This document shows, in pieces, positions 10,245 through 18,583 of a stretch of 64,000 nt of DNA (position 1 is the stretch's first letter; each line of letters opens with the position of its first letter). Source of the DNA: a virus; IMG/VR virus record IMGVR_UViG_3300010885_020237, positions 1-64,000 of that record; one strand, given 5' to 3'. A program made the position numbers and the translations under genes. The notes beneath the pieces are model-generated. The model was not told the DNA's origin. It saw nothing but the letters and a program-made list of their open reading frames with translations, and did not search any database.

Positions 10245-11086
10245 TTATATTTTTTAATTGTTCCGTATTGATCAAATATTGGAGGTTTTCCCCATTTTCG
10301 CATCCACTTAATATAATTTTTTTGTTCTGATTCTATTTGACGTTGAGATGATTTACCTTCATTCTCTTCTAATCTATGACTGCCTCTAGCTCCAAAATGC
10401 CAAACAATAGATTTTGTCGTACATATAAATTGATATCCTTCGTATAACATTCTTAGAAAAAGATCCATATCTTCCCAACTAGCAGGAGCAAATATTGGAT
10501 CATTACCACCAATTTTATCCCAATCTTTTTTGCTGATTAATCCACTAACGCCTTCAGGTTTTGGTATTTGAATATCATTACTTTCCTTTACAGCTTCTGC
10601 GTAATCCTCGAAATAATTTGAATTGAAGTCACTGTGTAAGAATCCAAACTCTTCTTTTCTTACTATCAATGTACCTGGTCTGGATTCTTCATTGAATATA
10701 TTAGGCTGTATTCTATAACTAAATACCCAAGTAGGAATGGTTTGTTTCTTTAGTAGTTCTAATAAAGCTGAGTCCCAATTTTTACTAACATAGAAATCAG
10801 AATGTAAAAACATAATGTACTCAGTCTTAACTTTATCTGCGCAGAAATTCATTCCACCACCGATACCTATTGGAGTATCATTAAGATCTATATAAACTTC
10901 TAAATCGTAAATATATTTTACTTCTTCTAGCCATTCATTAGTACCATCGGTACAATTTTCTGCGTGTATAATAAATTGAGCGTCTTTATAAAAACTATTC
11001 TTTCTTACAGATTGAATTGCTAATTTAAGATACTCTAAATTATTATATGTTGATATACAAAATGTAATTGGACTAGATTGTCTCAT
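10238..11086 (-). CDS. glycosyltransferase family 2 (paralogue of 1623..2786)
   Basis: ISTYNN, CTDGT, FLHSD, FAPASWEDMD. Confidence 0.88.
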   Translation of the reverse strand: MRQSSPITFCISTYNNLEYLKLAIQSVRKNSFYKDAQFIIHAENCTDGTNEWLEEVKYIYDLEVYIDLNDTPIGIGGGMNFCADKVKTEYIMFLHSDFYVSKNWDSALLELLKKQTIPTWVFSYRIQPNIFNEESRPGTLIVRKEEFGFLHSDFNSNYFEDYAEAVKESNDIQIPKPEGVSGLISKKDWDKIGGNDPIFAPASWEDMDLFLRMLYEGYQFICTTKSIVWHFGARGSHRLEENEGKSSQRQIESEQKNYIKWMRKWGKPPIFDQYGTIKKYKW

Positions 11087-11717
11087 ATAAGCTATTCTGT
11101 TTTTCTTGCCGTTTAATGTCTTTTGGATGATATAATGCCCAAGTTTCGTCTGTGTCTGGTAGATAAGTATATATTTGACAGCCGCATATTTTTTCGTGTA
11201 CTTTACCTTCCCACTTTATCTTAGATTCATTCTTACAGATTCTTGTTTGATAATCTGGCCAATTAATATAGCCTTTCTTATTAACATTCCATCTCCATTT
11301 TGCTATGTGCTCTTTTGTTAATCCTTCAACAGTATTAACTCTTGGTACATGAATACACTCCATTATTCTATTATTATTCAATAGATCTCTTAAGTGTTGT
11401 ATAAGAGGAATGGACAAATACTCATCTGCATCGATAAAGAAAATATAATCCTTTTTGCAATTCTCTTTAATATTATTTTTAAAGTTAGCAAAGTTTTTAT
11501 TTAAAGGAAATGACACAAAAGTTAATCTATCATTAGTAAACTCTTGTTTATATTTAGCTATAACGTCTAAAACAGATTGCGTTACATTGTCAGAATCTAC
11601 TTGGACGATCACCTCGTCATCTTGGCCAGCATAATTACTTAACTGGCTTAATAACCTATCTAATTCTTTATCCTCATTACAGGCTGTCACTGCATAGCTA
11701 AGTGTCACTGGTTTCAT
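11073..11717 (-). CDS. glycosyltransferase family 2
   Basis: ACNE, FFIDADE, WPDYQTR, WEGKVHE. Confidence 0.88.
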   Translation of the reverse strand: MKPVTLSYAVTACNEDKELDRLLSQLSNYAGQDDEVIVQVDSDNVTQSVLDVIAKYKQEFTNDRLTFVSFPLNKNFANFKNNIKENCKKDYIFFIDADEYLSIPLIQHLRDLLNNNRIMECIHVPRVNTVEGLTKEHIAKWRWNVNKKGYINWPDYQTRICKNESKIKWEGKVHEKICGCQIYTYLPDTDETWALYHPKDIKRQEKQNSLYETI

Positions 11718-12166
11718 ATATCAAATAGATTGATGTGATCAACTGCTCCAAAGAAATCTTTACCAAAGTTTTCAGTAGAAGAAGGGTCAGATTTATGTGT
11801 TTGGCCTTTATACTTGGCTAATTTTAGTTCTTCTTCTGTAAGTGCAATACTTTTTGTTGCTCTCCATTGCCAATCATCAGAGGTTTTACCAAAAACGTAA
11901 ACTGTACCTTTTCCTTTTATATTAATTGTAATAGGATACCACACTCTTCCAATCTCATCCACTTGCTTAATGTCTTTATAAAGTTCAGGAAACCCATCTT
12001 GATCTTCATAAGCATCAAAATTAAAGTCATCCTCTTTCATTAGATCGTTGGTTTCAAATCCACATGCTACACAAGAGTACTTATTGTAGAATTCATTTAT
12101 CGGTTCAATATTACAGCACTCTTCTTGTTTACAAAGAGGGCACATCATTAATGTTGTGTCTATCAT
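11714..12166 (-). CDS. zinc-ribbon hypothetical protein
   Basis: CPLC...CVACG. Confidence 0.65.
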   Translation of the reverse strand: MIDTTLMMCPLCKQEECCNIEPINEFYNKYSCVACGFETNDLMKEDDFNFDAYEDQDGFPELYKDIKQVDEIGRVWYPITINIKGKGTVYVFGKTSDDWQWRATKSIALTEEELKLAKYKGQTHKSDPSSTENFGKDFFGAVDHINLFDI

Positions 12167-13473
12167 TATTGTATCTTTTTAAGGGTAGGCAATTCTATCT
12201 TTTTAAGGGTAGGCAATTTTAATTGCATTTGTTTAGGTACTTGATCAAGATATGTGGCTAATACGTTCTTCATCTCTTCATAAGAAAATTTAGTCTTTGA
12301 TTGATGAGCTTGCTGTTTTGCTTTCTCTTGATACTTAGTATATTTTTCAAATACATCTTTTAAGTAAAACTCTGCTTGTTTAATGTCTGGAGAAAACCAA
12401 CTTGATTCAGGGATTAATATGTCTTTAGACGATGCTGAAGGGTGAATTAATTTTAATTCTCCTCCTACCATGCACGTATAATCCATTGATAAGAAATCCA
12501 TGTAGCCTGAATATGCACTAACAATGATTGGCTTTTTTGATAAGCTAAACTCTAATAGAGGTCTACCGAATCCTTCTCCTTTTGTTAAACTAATCATAGC
12601 TTTTACTTTCTCATGATTATATAAATGGTTCATGTCTGAATCATCTACTTCTCCATGTATTAAATATAGATTTGGTAAATCATCAGAATCTATAGCGCTT
12701 CTTATCTGGTCTATTTTCTGTAACACACTATCTCGATCCATTATAGAAGCTCCTCCACCCGATACTTTTAGTATCATTGCGGGTTTATTTTTTTTATTCT
12801 TAAATGTATCTAAGAAAGTTTTTATGGTTAAACCAATATTTTTTCTGTCCTCTCCTAAATCTCCTTGTAACCAATGTCCAACTACTAGATAACAAAAGCT
12901 TTCTTTAATATTATCTAACACAGATACTAAATCTGTTTCAGGAATATCTAGATCTTCTAAAAAGAAATACTTATTTAAATCCGCGCCTTCAAAAATAACT
13001 TCTACTGGCTTTTCTAGTTTAATAATTCTTTTTAATCTACCTTGCTCGTCATTTTCTTGAAAAGAAGATTGATTAAATACCATCTTCGCATGCTCTGAAG
13101 AGACTAACGTAAGATTCATTCTATTTATTCCGTCTATCCAACTTGCATGACATAGATTAGTTTCTATTCCTGCTGTTAAGCCAATATTATATTTTCCTAT
13201 TGGTTGAAATTCATTTGGAATAGTAATTTGACACCAAAAATCTGGTTGTCTTTTTACTTGACCTGTTTTATTTAATAGTGGAGTCAACCATCCCCACTCT
13301 TCTTGATTGGAAGCAATATATCCCCATGGAGTTTGTCCCCATCTTTGAGGAAGTATCTCTATTTCCCATTCATCTTTTTTTAATTCATAAAGGGCTTTTA
13401 CAAAATCCCTTGCTCTACTTCCATATCCACTGACTGTATCTATTGGACATGATATAACTGCGTATTGTTTCAT
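12166..13473 (-). CDS. glycosyltransferase family 4 (GT-B)
   Basis: SGYG, DRKNIG, KGEGFGRPLLE. Confidence 0.88.
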   Translation of the reverse strand: MKQYAVISCPIDTVSGYGSRARDFVKALYELKKDEWEIEILPQRWGQTPWGYIASNQEEWGWLTPLLNKTGQVKRQPDFWCQITIPNEFQPIGKYNIGLTAGIETNLCHASWIDGINRMNLTLVSSEHAKMVFNQSSFQENDEQGRLKRIIKLEKPVEVIFEGADLNKYFFLEDLDIPETDLVSVLDNIKESFCYLVVGHWLQGDLGEDRKNIGLTIKTFLDTFKNKKNKPAMILKVSGGGASIMDRDSVLQKIDQIRSAIDSDDLPNLYLIHGEVDDSDMNHLYNHEKVKAMISLTKGEGFGRPLLEFSLSKKPIIVSAYSGYMDFLSMDYTCMVGGELKLIHPSASSKDILIPESSWFSPDIKQAEFYLKDVFEKYTKYQEKAKQQAHQSKTKFSYEEMKNVLATYLDQVPKQMQLKLPTLKKIELPTLKKIQ

Positions 13474-13480
13474 AAACTTA

Positions 13481-14962
13481 TTAATATGTTAATGGATGAG
13501 GTATAGTTTTAGGTTCTAAAGGTTTAATTTTAATGAATTCAAAAGATGGTCTTGGTTTAAAAGTATCAAAAGTCTCATTGATACCATCGATTATATTCTT
13601 TGCCATCCATCTTGCACTCATCATAGATTCATCTGAGGTAACCCAATCTCGAGCGGCTTTACATACTTCTTCGTATGTTTCAATTCCTCTCCAGTGAGAT
13701 CCGTACTCTTCAACTTGATTTGTTTTTAGAGCATATACTTCTTGAATTTGATCAGCGATGTCTCTAAAGTCTGCTCTATCATCCCATATATAAGGAGTCT
13801 GTACAGATCCTACTAAACTCATATTGCTCGGAAATACTGGGAATGCCCATTTTCCATGTTTTTCATAGGTACCAAAGTGATTAGATGGCACTTCCTTTGT
13901 TGGAGTAAACCAATTGCCTTCTTCATCTTCGAATCTCATTTGATCCTGCATTCCTCCAGTGACTGTTGCGATGATTGGTTTACCACACATCATAGCCTCT
14001 GTTAGACTTAGTCCCCAACCTTCATTAGAAGAAATTAATGCTACTGAATCAACACAGTTATAAAGTAGGTTAAGATCTGATGTTGCTAATTTCTCTTCAT
14101 TGATGAATACATTTTTATGATCATCTGAACATAGTAAATCTATAACTGCTGGTAAATCTGTACCATTTTCGTCTACGGCTTGTGTATGAAGTAGTAATGC
14201 GCATTTAGCTGCGTCTTCTTTTGAAATAGAATCACAGAAATAAGACCATGCAGCAATAAGATCAGATACGCATTTACGTCTAATGTTTCTGGCATTATAG
14301 AATAAAACAAAATCGTATTCTTTATCTCCAAACAATCTCTTTTTTAGATTTTGAACATTCGCATATTCTTCAGGCATAAACTCATTAATCGGATAAAAGT
14401 GTTTCTCATTTATTCCATGAGGTACGTACTTTAAAATCTTTTCTTTGATGCTTTCACCAAGAACCATTTCATTGATGATCTTTGTTTGTTTAGATATTGA
14501 AAACAATGTATCACAAGATTCATAGTATGGTTTATTATACAGTGGAGCTGGTAAATCATCCCAAATATTTAAGTATATTATAGGAAGCGTTTTTCTTATT
14601 TCATTTTCCATTTGAAATAACCATGTCCAATATCTTGGATCTGTGAAAATCATTATCGCATCTGGCTTTTCGATATCGATCAATTGGCGAACTAATTCTT
14701 GTGTACCATATCCACTAATTGGATAGATGTACACTGAAGAATCAGGAATTCCAATTAGTTCATTTGTATTATCACAGATGTCTAATCTTTTGCCCTGATC
14801 AGGGTGATTGATTGCTCCTCCTACATTGACCCAATTAAATACATGAGCTGTATTGACTACAATTTCTCTAGCCATAGTTGAGATACCAGATGTCATTCTG
14901 ATATCATCGCACATGAACAGAATCTTCTTTCTGTCTTTTTTTGGTACATAACCTTCGATCAT
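13481..14962 (-). CDS. glycosyltransferase family 4 (GT-B)
   Basis: PHGI, ARNIRRK, SNEGWGLSLTEAM. Confidence 0.9.
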   Translation of the reverse strand: MIEGYVPKKDRKKILFMCDDIRMTSGISTMAREIVVNTAHVFNWVNVGGAINHPDQGKRLDICDNTNELIGIPDSSVYIYPISGYGTQELVRQLIDIEKPDAIMIFTDPRYWTWLFQMENEIRKTLPIIYLNIWDDLPAPLYNKPYYESCDTLFSISKQTKIINEMVLGESIKEKILKYVPHGINEKHFYPINEFMPEEYANVQNLKKRLFGDKEYDFVLFYNARNIRRKCVSDLIAAWSYFCDSISKEDAAKCALLLHTQAVDENGTDLPAVIDLLCSDDHKNVFINEEKLATSDLNLLYNCVDSVALISSNEGWGLSLTEAMMCGKPIIATVTGGMQDQMRFEDEEGNWFTPTKEVPSNHFGTYEKHGKWAFPVFPSNMSLVGSVQTPYIWDDRADFRDIADQIQEVYALKTNQVEEYGSHWRGIETYEEVCKAARDWVTSDESMMSARWMAKNIIDGINETFDTFKPRPSFEFIKIKPLEPKTIPHPLTY

Positions 14963-14977
14963 AACGTGTATTAGATT

Positions 14978-15199
14978 TTATTTAATGTTTAAGACGTCAC
15001 TACTTCCTGTGTAGTAAACGTTGATTTGATTGTAAATTCGCTTTCTAAATTCTTCATCTGTCATATAAAGATATAGTGTTCTTTCTACAACTTCTTGTAA
15101 ATTCATTTTAGATTTTACACAAGTTACTTTAAAGTCCTCATAAAGAGTTTCAGGTATTTTTAAAGAGGTTGTTGATCTTTTTGTTTTTGTGGTCGTCAT
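14978..15199 (-). CDS. ribbon-helix-helix-like DNA-binding protein
   Basis: MTTTKTKRSTTSLKIPETLYEDFKVTC...LQEVVERTL. Start moved to 15199, downstream of two promoter motifs. Confidence 0.6.
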   Translation of the reverse strand: MTTTKTKRSTTSLKIPETLYEDFKVTCVKSKMNLQEVVERTLYLYMTDEEFRKRIYNQINVYYTGSSDVLNIK

Positions 15200-15260
15200 A
15201 TTGTTATTTTCTAATAAATATCTAATATGGATATTAAAATATACAAATATACAAAATAAA

Positions 15261-16160
15261 TTAAGATTTACTGCAAAGTTCTGGTTTATCTTTAAACTCA
15301 CACCATTTGCAACCGTCAAAATTCTTTGGATATTCCCTATCTATATACTTTGCATCTGTGGTAAAACAATCTCTAATAAAAGCTTCGAACTCTTGTACAG
15401 CTTTTTTAAGTTTGATCTTGCCTTGAGCGGGTATAATCTCTTGTACCCAATGAGTAGGAAAATCTTCGCTAATGAAAGGTCTTCTTTTAACGATCATGAA
15501 TTGTACATTAACTTCGTCTGGAGTTATTTTTAATGCTCTAGAATAGAAATGTTTATAGAGTAGAAGCTGCGCAAGTTTTGCGTCATCCTTTTTATCAGCT
15601 TCTTTCCAACCTGATCCACTAGTTTTAAAATCTATAATATTATAGGTTTTATTTACTTCATCATAGAAAATAATATCTATATAACCAATCATAATAACAT
15701 TTGGTATGTCTTCTATGATATACTGTTCCATTGGAATCTCTATACCAACCAATTTTATTTGCTTAGTTGAAAAATACTTCTTACGATGCTTCTTAATCCA
15801 ATTTAATATATTAACTCCATCTTGGATAAATGTAGTGAAGTCGTCTTTCTTAACGTAATGCTCGCCTTTATTTTTCTCTATCTCTTCTTTGTAATTAGTG
15901 AGCATACGCTCTTTAAGAAAGCTCTCAAAGTCAAATTCTTCTGATGCTTTTACTGTTACATCATACATCAATCTTAAGTACTCTTGAATAGTTTCATGAA
16001 AGCTGGTACCAAATAAAGTGTGAATGCTTGGTTTAAATATCTTATGCTTCTTGATGTAGTTTAGATACCATCTAAAATTACACTGCTTGTACATAGAGTA
16101 CTGAGAATACGATACAGATTTCTGATACGCATAATTAATTTTAGATTCATGTTTTGGCAT
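15261..16160 (-). CDS. PD-(D/E)XK (RecB/Cas4-like) exonuclease
   Basis: SYSQ...C, GTSFHE, GYIDI, IIDFKTS, QLLLY, CKWC...C. Confidence 0.88.
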   Translation of the reverse strand: MPKHESKINYAYQKSVSYSQYSMYKQCNFRWYLNYIKKHKIFKPSIHTLFGTSFHETIQEYLRLMYDVTVKASEEFDFESFLKERMLTNYKEEIEKNKGEHYVKKDDFTTFIQDGVNILNWIKKHRKKYFSTKQIKLVGIEIPMEQYIIEDIPNVIMIGYIDIIFYDEVNKTYNIIDFKTSGSGWKEADKKDDAKLAQLLLYKHFYSRALKITPDEVNVQFMIVKRRPFISEDFPTHWVQEIIPAQGKIKLKKAVQEFEAFIRDCFTTDAKYIDREYPKNFDGCKWCEFKDKPELCSKS

Positions 16161-16163
16161 AAC

Positions 16164-16424
16164 TTATTTTTTACCTTCGATGAGTGTCTTTATCTTTTTT
16201 AGATAAAGGATTGAATCCATGTGTTCTTGTATAGCGTGCTCTAACCATTCAGCTAAAGATAGATCTGTTCTATCTAAATCTGTATTGTACTTTGCTTTTC
16301 CTACACGTGATCTGTCTATAAATTGATCTACGATACTGTCTACAATGGAGTCAGCTTTAACAACTGTTCTTGAATTTTCCTTAGTGTATATTACACTGTC
16401 CTCTTTAAAGTCCGTTATGGCCAT
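16164..16424 (-). CDS. small phage protein, MazG/dNTP pyrophosphohydrolase-like
   Basis: RSRVGKAKY..L.R.D...WLEHAIQEHMD..LY. Confidence 0.55.
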   Translation of the reverse strand: MAITDFKEDSVIYTKENSRTVVKADSIVDSIVDQFIDRSRVGKAKYNTDLDRTDLSLAEWLEHAIQEHMDSILYLKKIKTLIEGKK

Positions 16425-16665
16425 CTGATTCTTTGTTTAATTGTTCAACTAATTGTGGAGGTAACATATCATCATTTGTATGACCGCAGTTCGCGCATAC
16501 GAACACTTGAATAGGCATTAATGAATCTTGAGTTTGTCCAGTTAAAAACTTGCTAACTTTTCTTAGCATTAATGCTTCTACGAAGGTTTGGCTTTTACAC
16601 TCTTCGCAAACTACTGGTGTAGTCTTATCGATAGAGATGTTCATCTGTTTGGGTTGTTGTGTCAT
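16405..16665 (-). CDS. zinc-finger hypothetical protein
   Basis: CEEC...CANCG; probable start MTQQ at 16665. Confidence 0.65.
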   Translation of the reverse strand: MTQQPKQMNISIDKTTPVVCEECKSQTFVEALMLRKVSKFLTGQTQDSLMPIQVFVCANCGHTNDDMLPPQLVEQLNKESDGHNGL

Positions 16666-16735
16666 TAGTATTTTTTTATATACCAAATATACAAAATTAA
16701 TACTAAATAAAAAACTATATGTTTATAGTGCTTCA

Positions 16736-16808
16736 GTACTCCCTCAAGGATTCGAACCTCAACAAATTGTACCAAAAACAATTGTACTACCGTTATACTA
16801 AAGGAGTA
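16736..16808 (-). tRNA. tRNA-Gln(UUG)
   Basis: Cloverleaf: TACTCCT/GGGAGTA acceptor, ATTGT-TTTTGGT-ACAAT anticodon arm, GGTTCGAATCC T arm. Confidence 0.9.
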
Positions 16809-17000
16809 ATTTGACACTCTATTTTATCCAACTACAAGTGTCGTGGCTGTCCCTTTTCAGGTTAGGAATAATCATTCGACTTCTCGAGGTTCAGGCTGAT
16901 TTGCCCGGATATTACCACCTATCATATCCTAGGTACCCATACGGGCATCACCTCCGCTTCTCATCATATTGGGCATACTAGTCGGTGATTAATCGACTCG
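16809..17000 (-). ncRNA. unidentified structured GC-rich RNA between tRNA-like unit and tRNA-Gln
   Basis: Nested stems GAGGT/ACCTC, GCCCG/CGGGC, GGATAT/ATATCC; flanking hairpins AGTCG/CGACT and GACACT/AGTGTC; no ORF in the track. Confidence 0.45.
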
Positions 17001-17002
17001 TG

Positions 17003-17084
17003 TAGTCAGGACAGGATTTGAACCTGTAAGCTCCTTTTCGGGTAGGAACAACCTTATTGCGTCTACCAATTCCGCCACCTGACT
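17003..17084 (-). ncRNA. tRNA-like element 1 (Leu-type D arm, no canonical anticodon arm)
   Basis: AGTCAGG TG GCGGAATTGGTAGACGC ... ACAGG TTCAAAT CCTGT CCTGACT A. Confidence 0.75.
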
Positions 17085-17155
17085 ACGAAGACATCATTAG
17101 AATTTTGACCATTACATAGTTTCCTAAGTGTGAATATACTCCGTTGATGTCTTTG

Positions 17156-17230
17156 TAGTCAGGACAGGATTCGAACCTGTAATAGGCAACCATAAAGGAC
17201 TTGGAACCATTCCTCATTACGCTCCTGACT
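17156..17230 (-). ncRNA. tRNA-like element 2 (acceptor and T arm only, unrelated core)
   Basis: AGTCAGG AG...ACAGG TTCGAAT CCTGT CCTGACT A. Confidence 0.7.
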
Positions 17231-17323
17231 ATAAAACTCCACCCCGTAGGTGGAGAGAGCGAATTAAGGTATCGCTTTAAGACAATTTAGTCAACCAGTG
17301 CGCTTACCCTTTGGGTGGCGCTG

Positions 17324-17395
17324 TAGTCAAGACAGGATTCGAACCCGTATTACCACCGTGAAAGGGTGGTGACCTAACCCCTAGTCGATAGGCGC
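17324..17395 (-). pseudogene. chimeric tRNA-Glu(UUC) with non-pairing 3' acceptor strand
   Basis: GCGCCTA...CCACC-CTTTCAC-GGTGG...ACGGG TTCGAAT CCTGT CTTGACT A. The 3' strand is of the AGTCAGG-family type and cannot pair with GCGCCTA. Confidence 0.75.
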
Positions 17396-17782
17396 TGGAG
17401 GAGATGCGGGGATTCGAACCCCGGTCTCCGTAAGTAATCATAATACCCTTCTTACATGCTTAGTCATACTGTACACAGTGACAAGAGTTCGATCTGCAAG
17501 CTGATCAGTATTGGGGTCGTACGGCTACGTACAACTAGGCCACCACTTGGTTTAAGTCCAAGAACTATTTTTGTAACTTACTGTTCCATCCAAGTTACCA
17601 GGAGAAGAAATCTTAAGCTGCTACAGCCATTTCTACATTGGCAAAAGCCATGTTGATAATGCGTGCACCTTCTTCTTGACGAGAAATTGTATTGTCGTTT
17701 ATTTTTTTAGGAGTGGTTTGACGCTCCCACGTCTTGCATGTGATACTACCATTCTCATACGGATCAAATGCCTGTCATCCCC
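17396..17782 (-). ncRNA. ssrA: tmRNA
   Basis: 5' GGGGATG pairs with 3' CATCTCC (G3:U), T arm GGGTTCGAATCCC, encoded CCA; tag ORF 17696-17613 DNTISRQEEGARIINMAFANVEMAVAA*. Confidence 0.93.
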
Positions 17783-17802
17783 TTATATATGATAAATAGT
17801 TA

Positions 17803-17830
17803 AAAAAAGACCTTTCGATACGTAGTCTTT
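17803..17830 (-). terminator. probable intrinsic terminator after small lipoprotein gene
   Basis: minus strand AAAGAC-loop-GTCTTT followed by a T run. Confidence 0.45.
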
Positions 17831-17864
17831 GCAGGCCTGACACCCTGACGTCTTTTTCTTCCAC

Positions 17865-18008
17865 TTATTTCGCCTCTACGGTACTATCAACTTTTACTGT
17901 GTCAACTACTGTTTTTGTACTGTCCACTGTTGGATTTACTTTACTAGTGTTACTTCCGCAAGCTGATAAAAAGGCTACTAAAGCGATTGCAAATACTGCT
18001 TTTTTCAT
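17865..18008 (-). CDS. small lipoprotein (47 aa)
   Basis: MKKAVFAIALVAFLSAC GSNTSKVNPTVDSTKTVVDTVKVDSTVEAK; lipobox LSAC; below ORF-track cutoff. Confidence 0.8.
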   Translation of the reverse strand: MKKAVFAIALVAFLSACGSNTSKVNPTVDSTKTVVDTVKVDSTVEAK

Positions 18009-18042
18009 GATTATTTGTTTTGATTATTGATTAATATAGAGT

Positions 18043-18074
18043 AAATATACCCCTTAGTATTGATATAAGGAAAT
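18043..18074 (-). promoter_or_regulatory. probable early promoter element, repeat copy 1 (copy 2 at 25656-25687)
   Basis: + strand aaatataccccttagtattgatataaggaaat versus aaatataccccttattattgactataggaaat. Confidence 0.55.
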
Positions 18075-18210
18075 ATAAGTTTCTAGTAATAGAGATTTAT
18101 TTGGCTTATCGCTTACTAGTTAACTATAGGATTATCATAGAAACACACCAGAGCATATCCTGCAGTGGTGTGCTTTTATATAAGATATAGTATTAAATAA
18201 CTAATCCATC

Positions 18211-18312
18211 TTAGCCATTAGATCCGTATCTAATAATATAATACATTACAGAACTAAAAGTAGTTAATACTATGATTGCTCTAATCAGCATCTCTTTATG
18301 TTCTTTTTGCAT
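18211..18312 (-). CDS. possible small membrane peptide (33 aa)
   Basis: MQKEHKEMLIRAIIVLTTFSSVMYYIIRYGSNG, one hydrophobic segment. Confidence 0.35.
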   Translation of the reverse strand: MQKEHKEMLIRAIIVLTTFSSVMYYIIRYGSNG

Positions 18313-18316
18313 ATTA

Positions 18317-18583
18317 TTAGTCTTTAGTATTTTCGGTAGAAGTTTTCTTACTAAATTTGTCTAATGAATCTGCGCCCATACCGATAGCTGTAATAATCAT
18401 TACTGCGTCTACCAATTTATCGGCAGGTTTAAATTTTTCTTCTGAGAAAGAGTTAGCGCATAATGTAATGCATAAAAATAAAGCACCTAAAAGAGCTACT
18501 ACTGGCTTAATTGATGTTGAACCTCTTTCGTCTTTGAAAAGTGATATGCACCACTCTTTGAATGTCATGTTTTGATCGCTCAT
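18317..18583 (-). CDS. two-TM membrane protein, holin-like
   Basis: Two hydrophobic helices, charged C-terminus, DERGSTSIKP. Confidence 0.55.
   Translation of the reverse strand: MSDQNMTFKEWCISLFKDERGSTSIKPVVALLGALFLCITLCANSFSEEKFKPADKLVDAVMIITAIGMGADSLDKFSKKTSTENTKD

Noticed and set aside
17001-17349. CRISPR array interpretation of the 28-bp repeats
   Set aside because: Repeats are tRNA acceptor/T-arm halves, spacers are 125-140 nt, and no cas operon is present; the PD-(D/E)XK nuclease is a common standalone phage gene
16680-17400. tRNA-associated HDV-like (theta) or hammerhead ribozyme
   Set aside because: Could not identify the required nested pseudoknot or CUGANGA/GAAA cores by eye; needs a covariance search
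17456-17656. + strand 66-aa ORF
   Set aside because: Antisense to the tmRNA; no coding features
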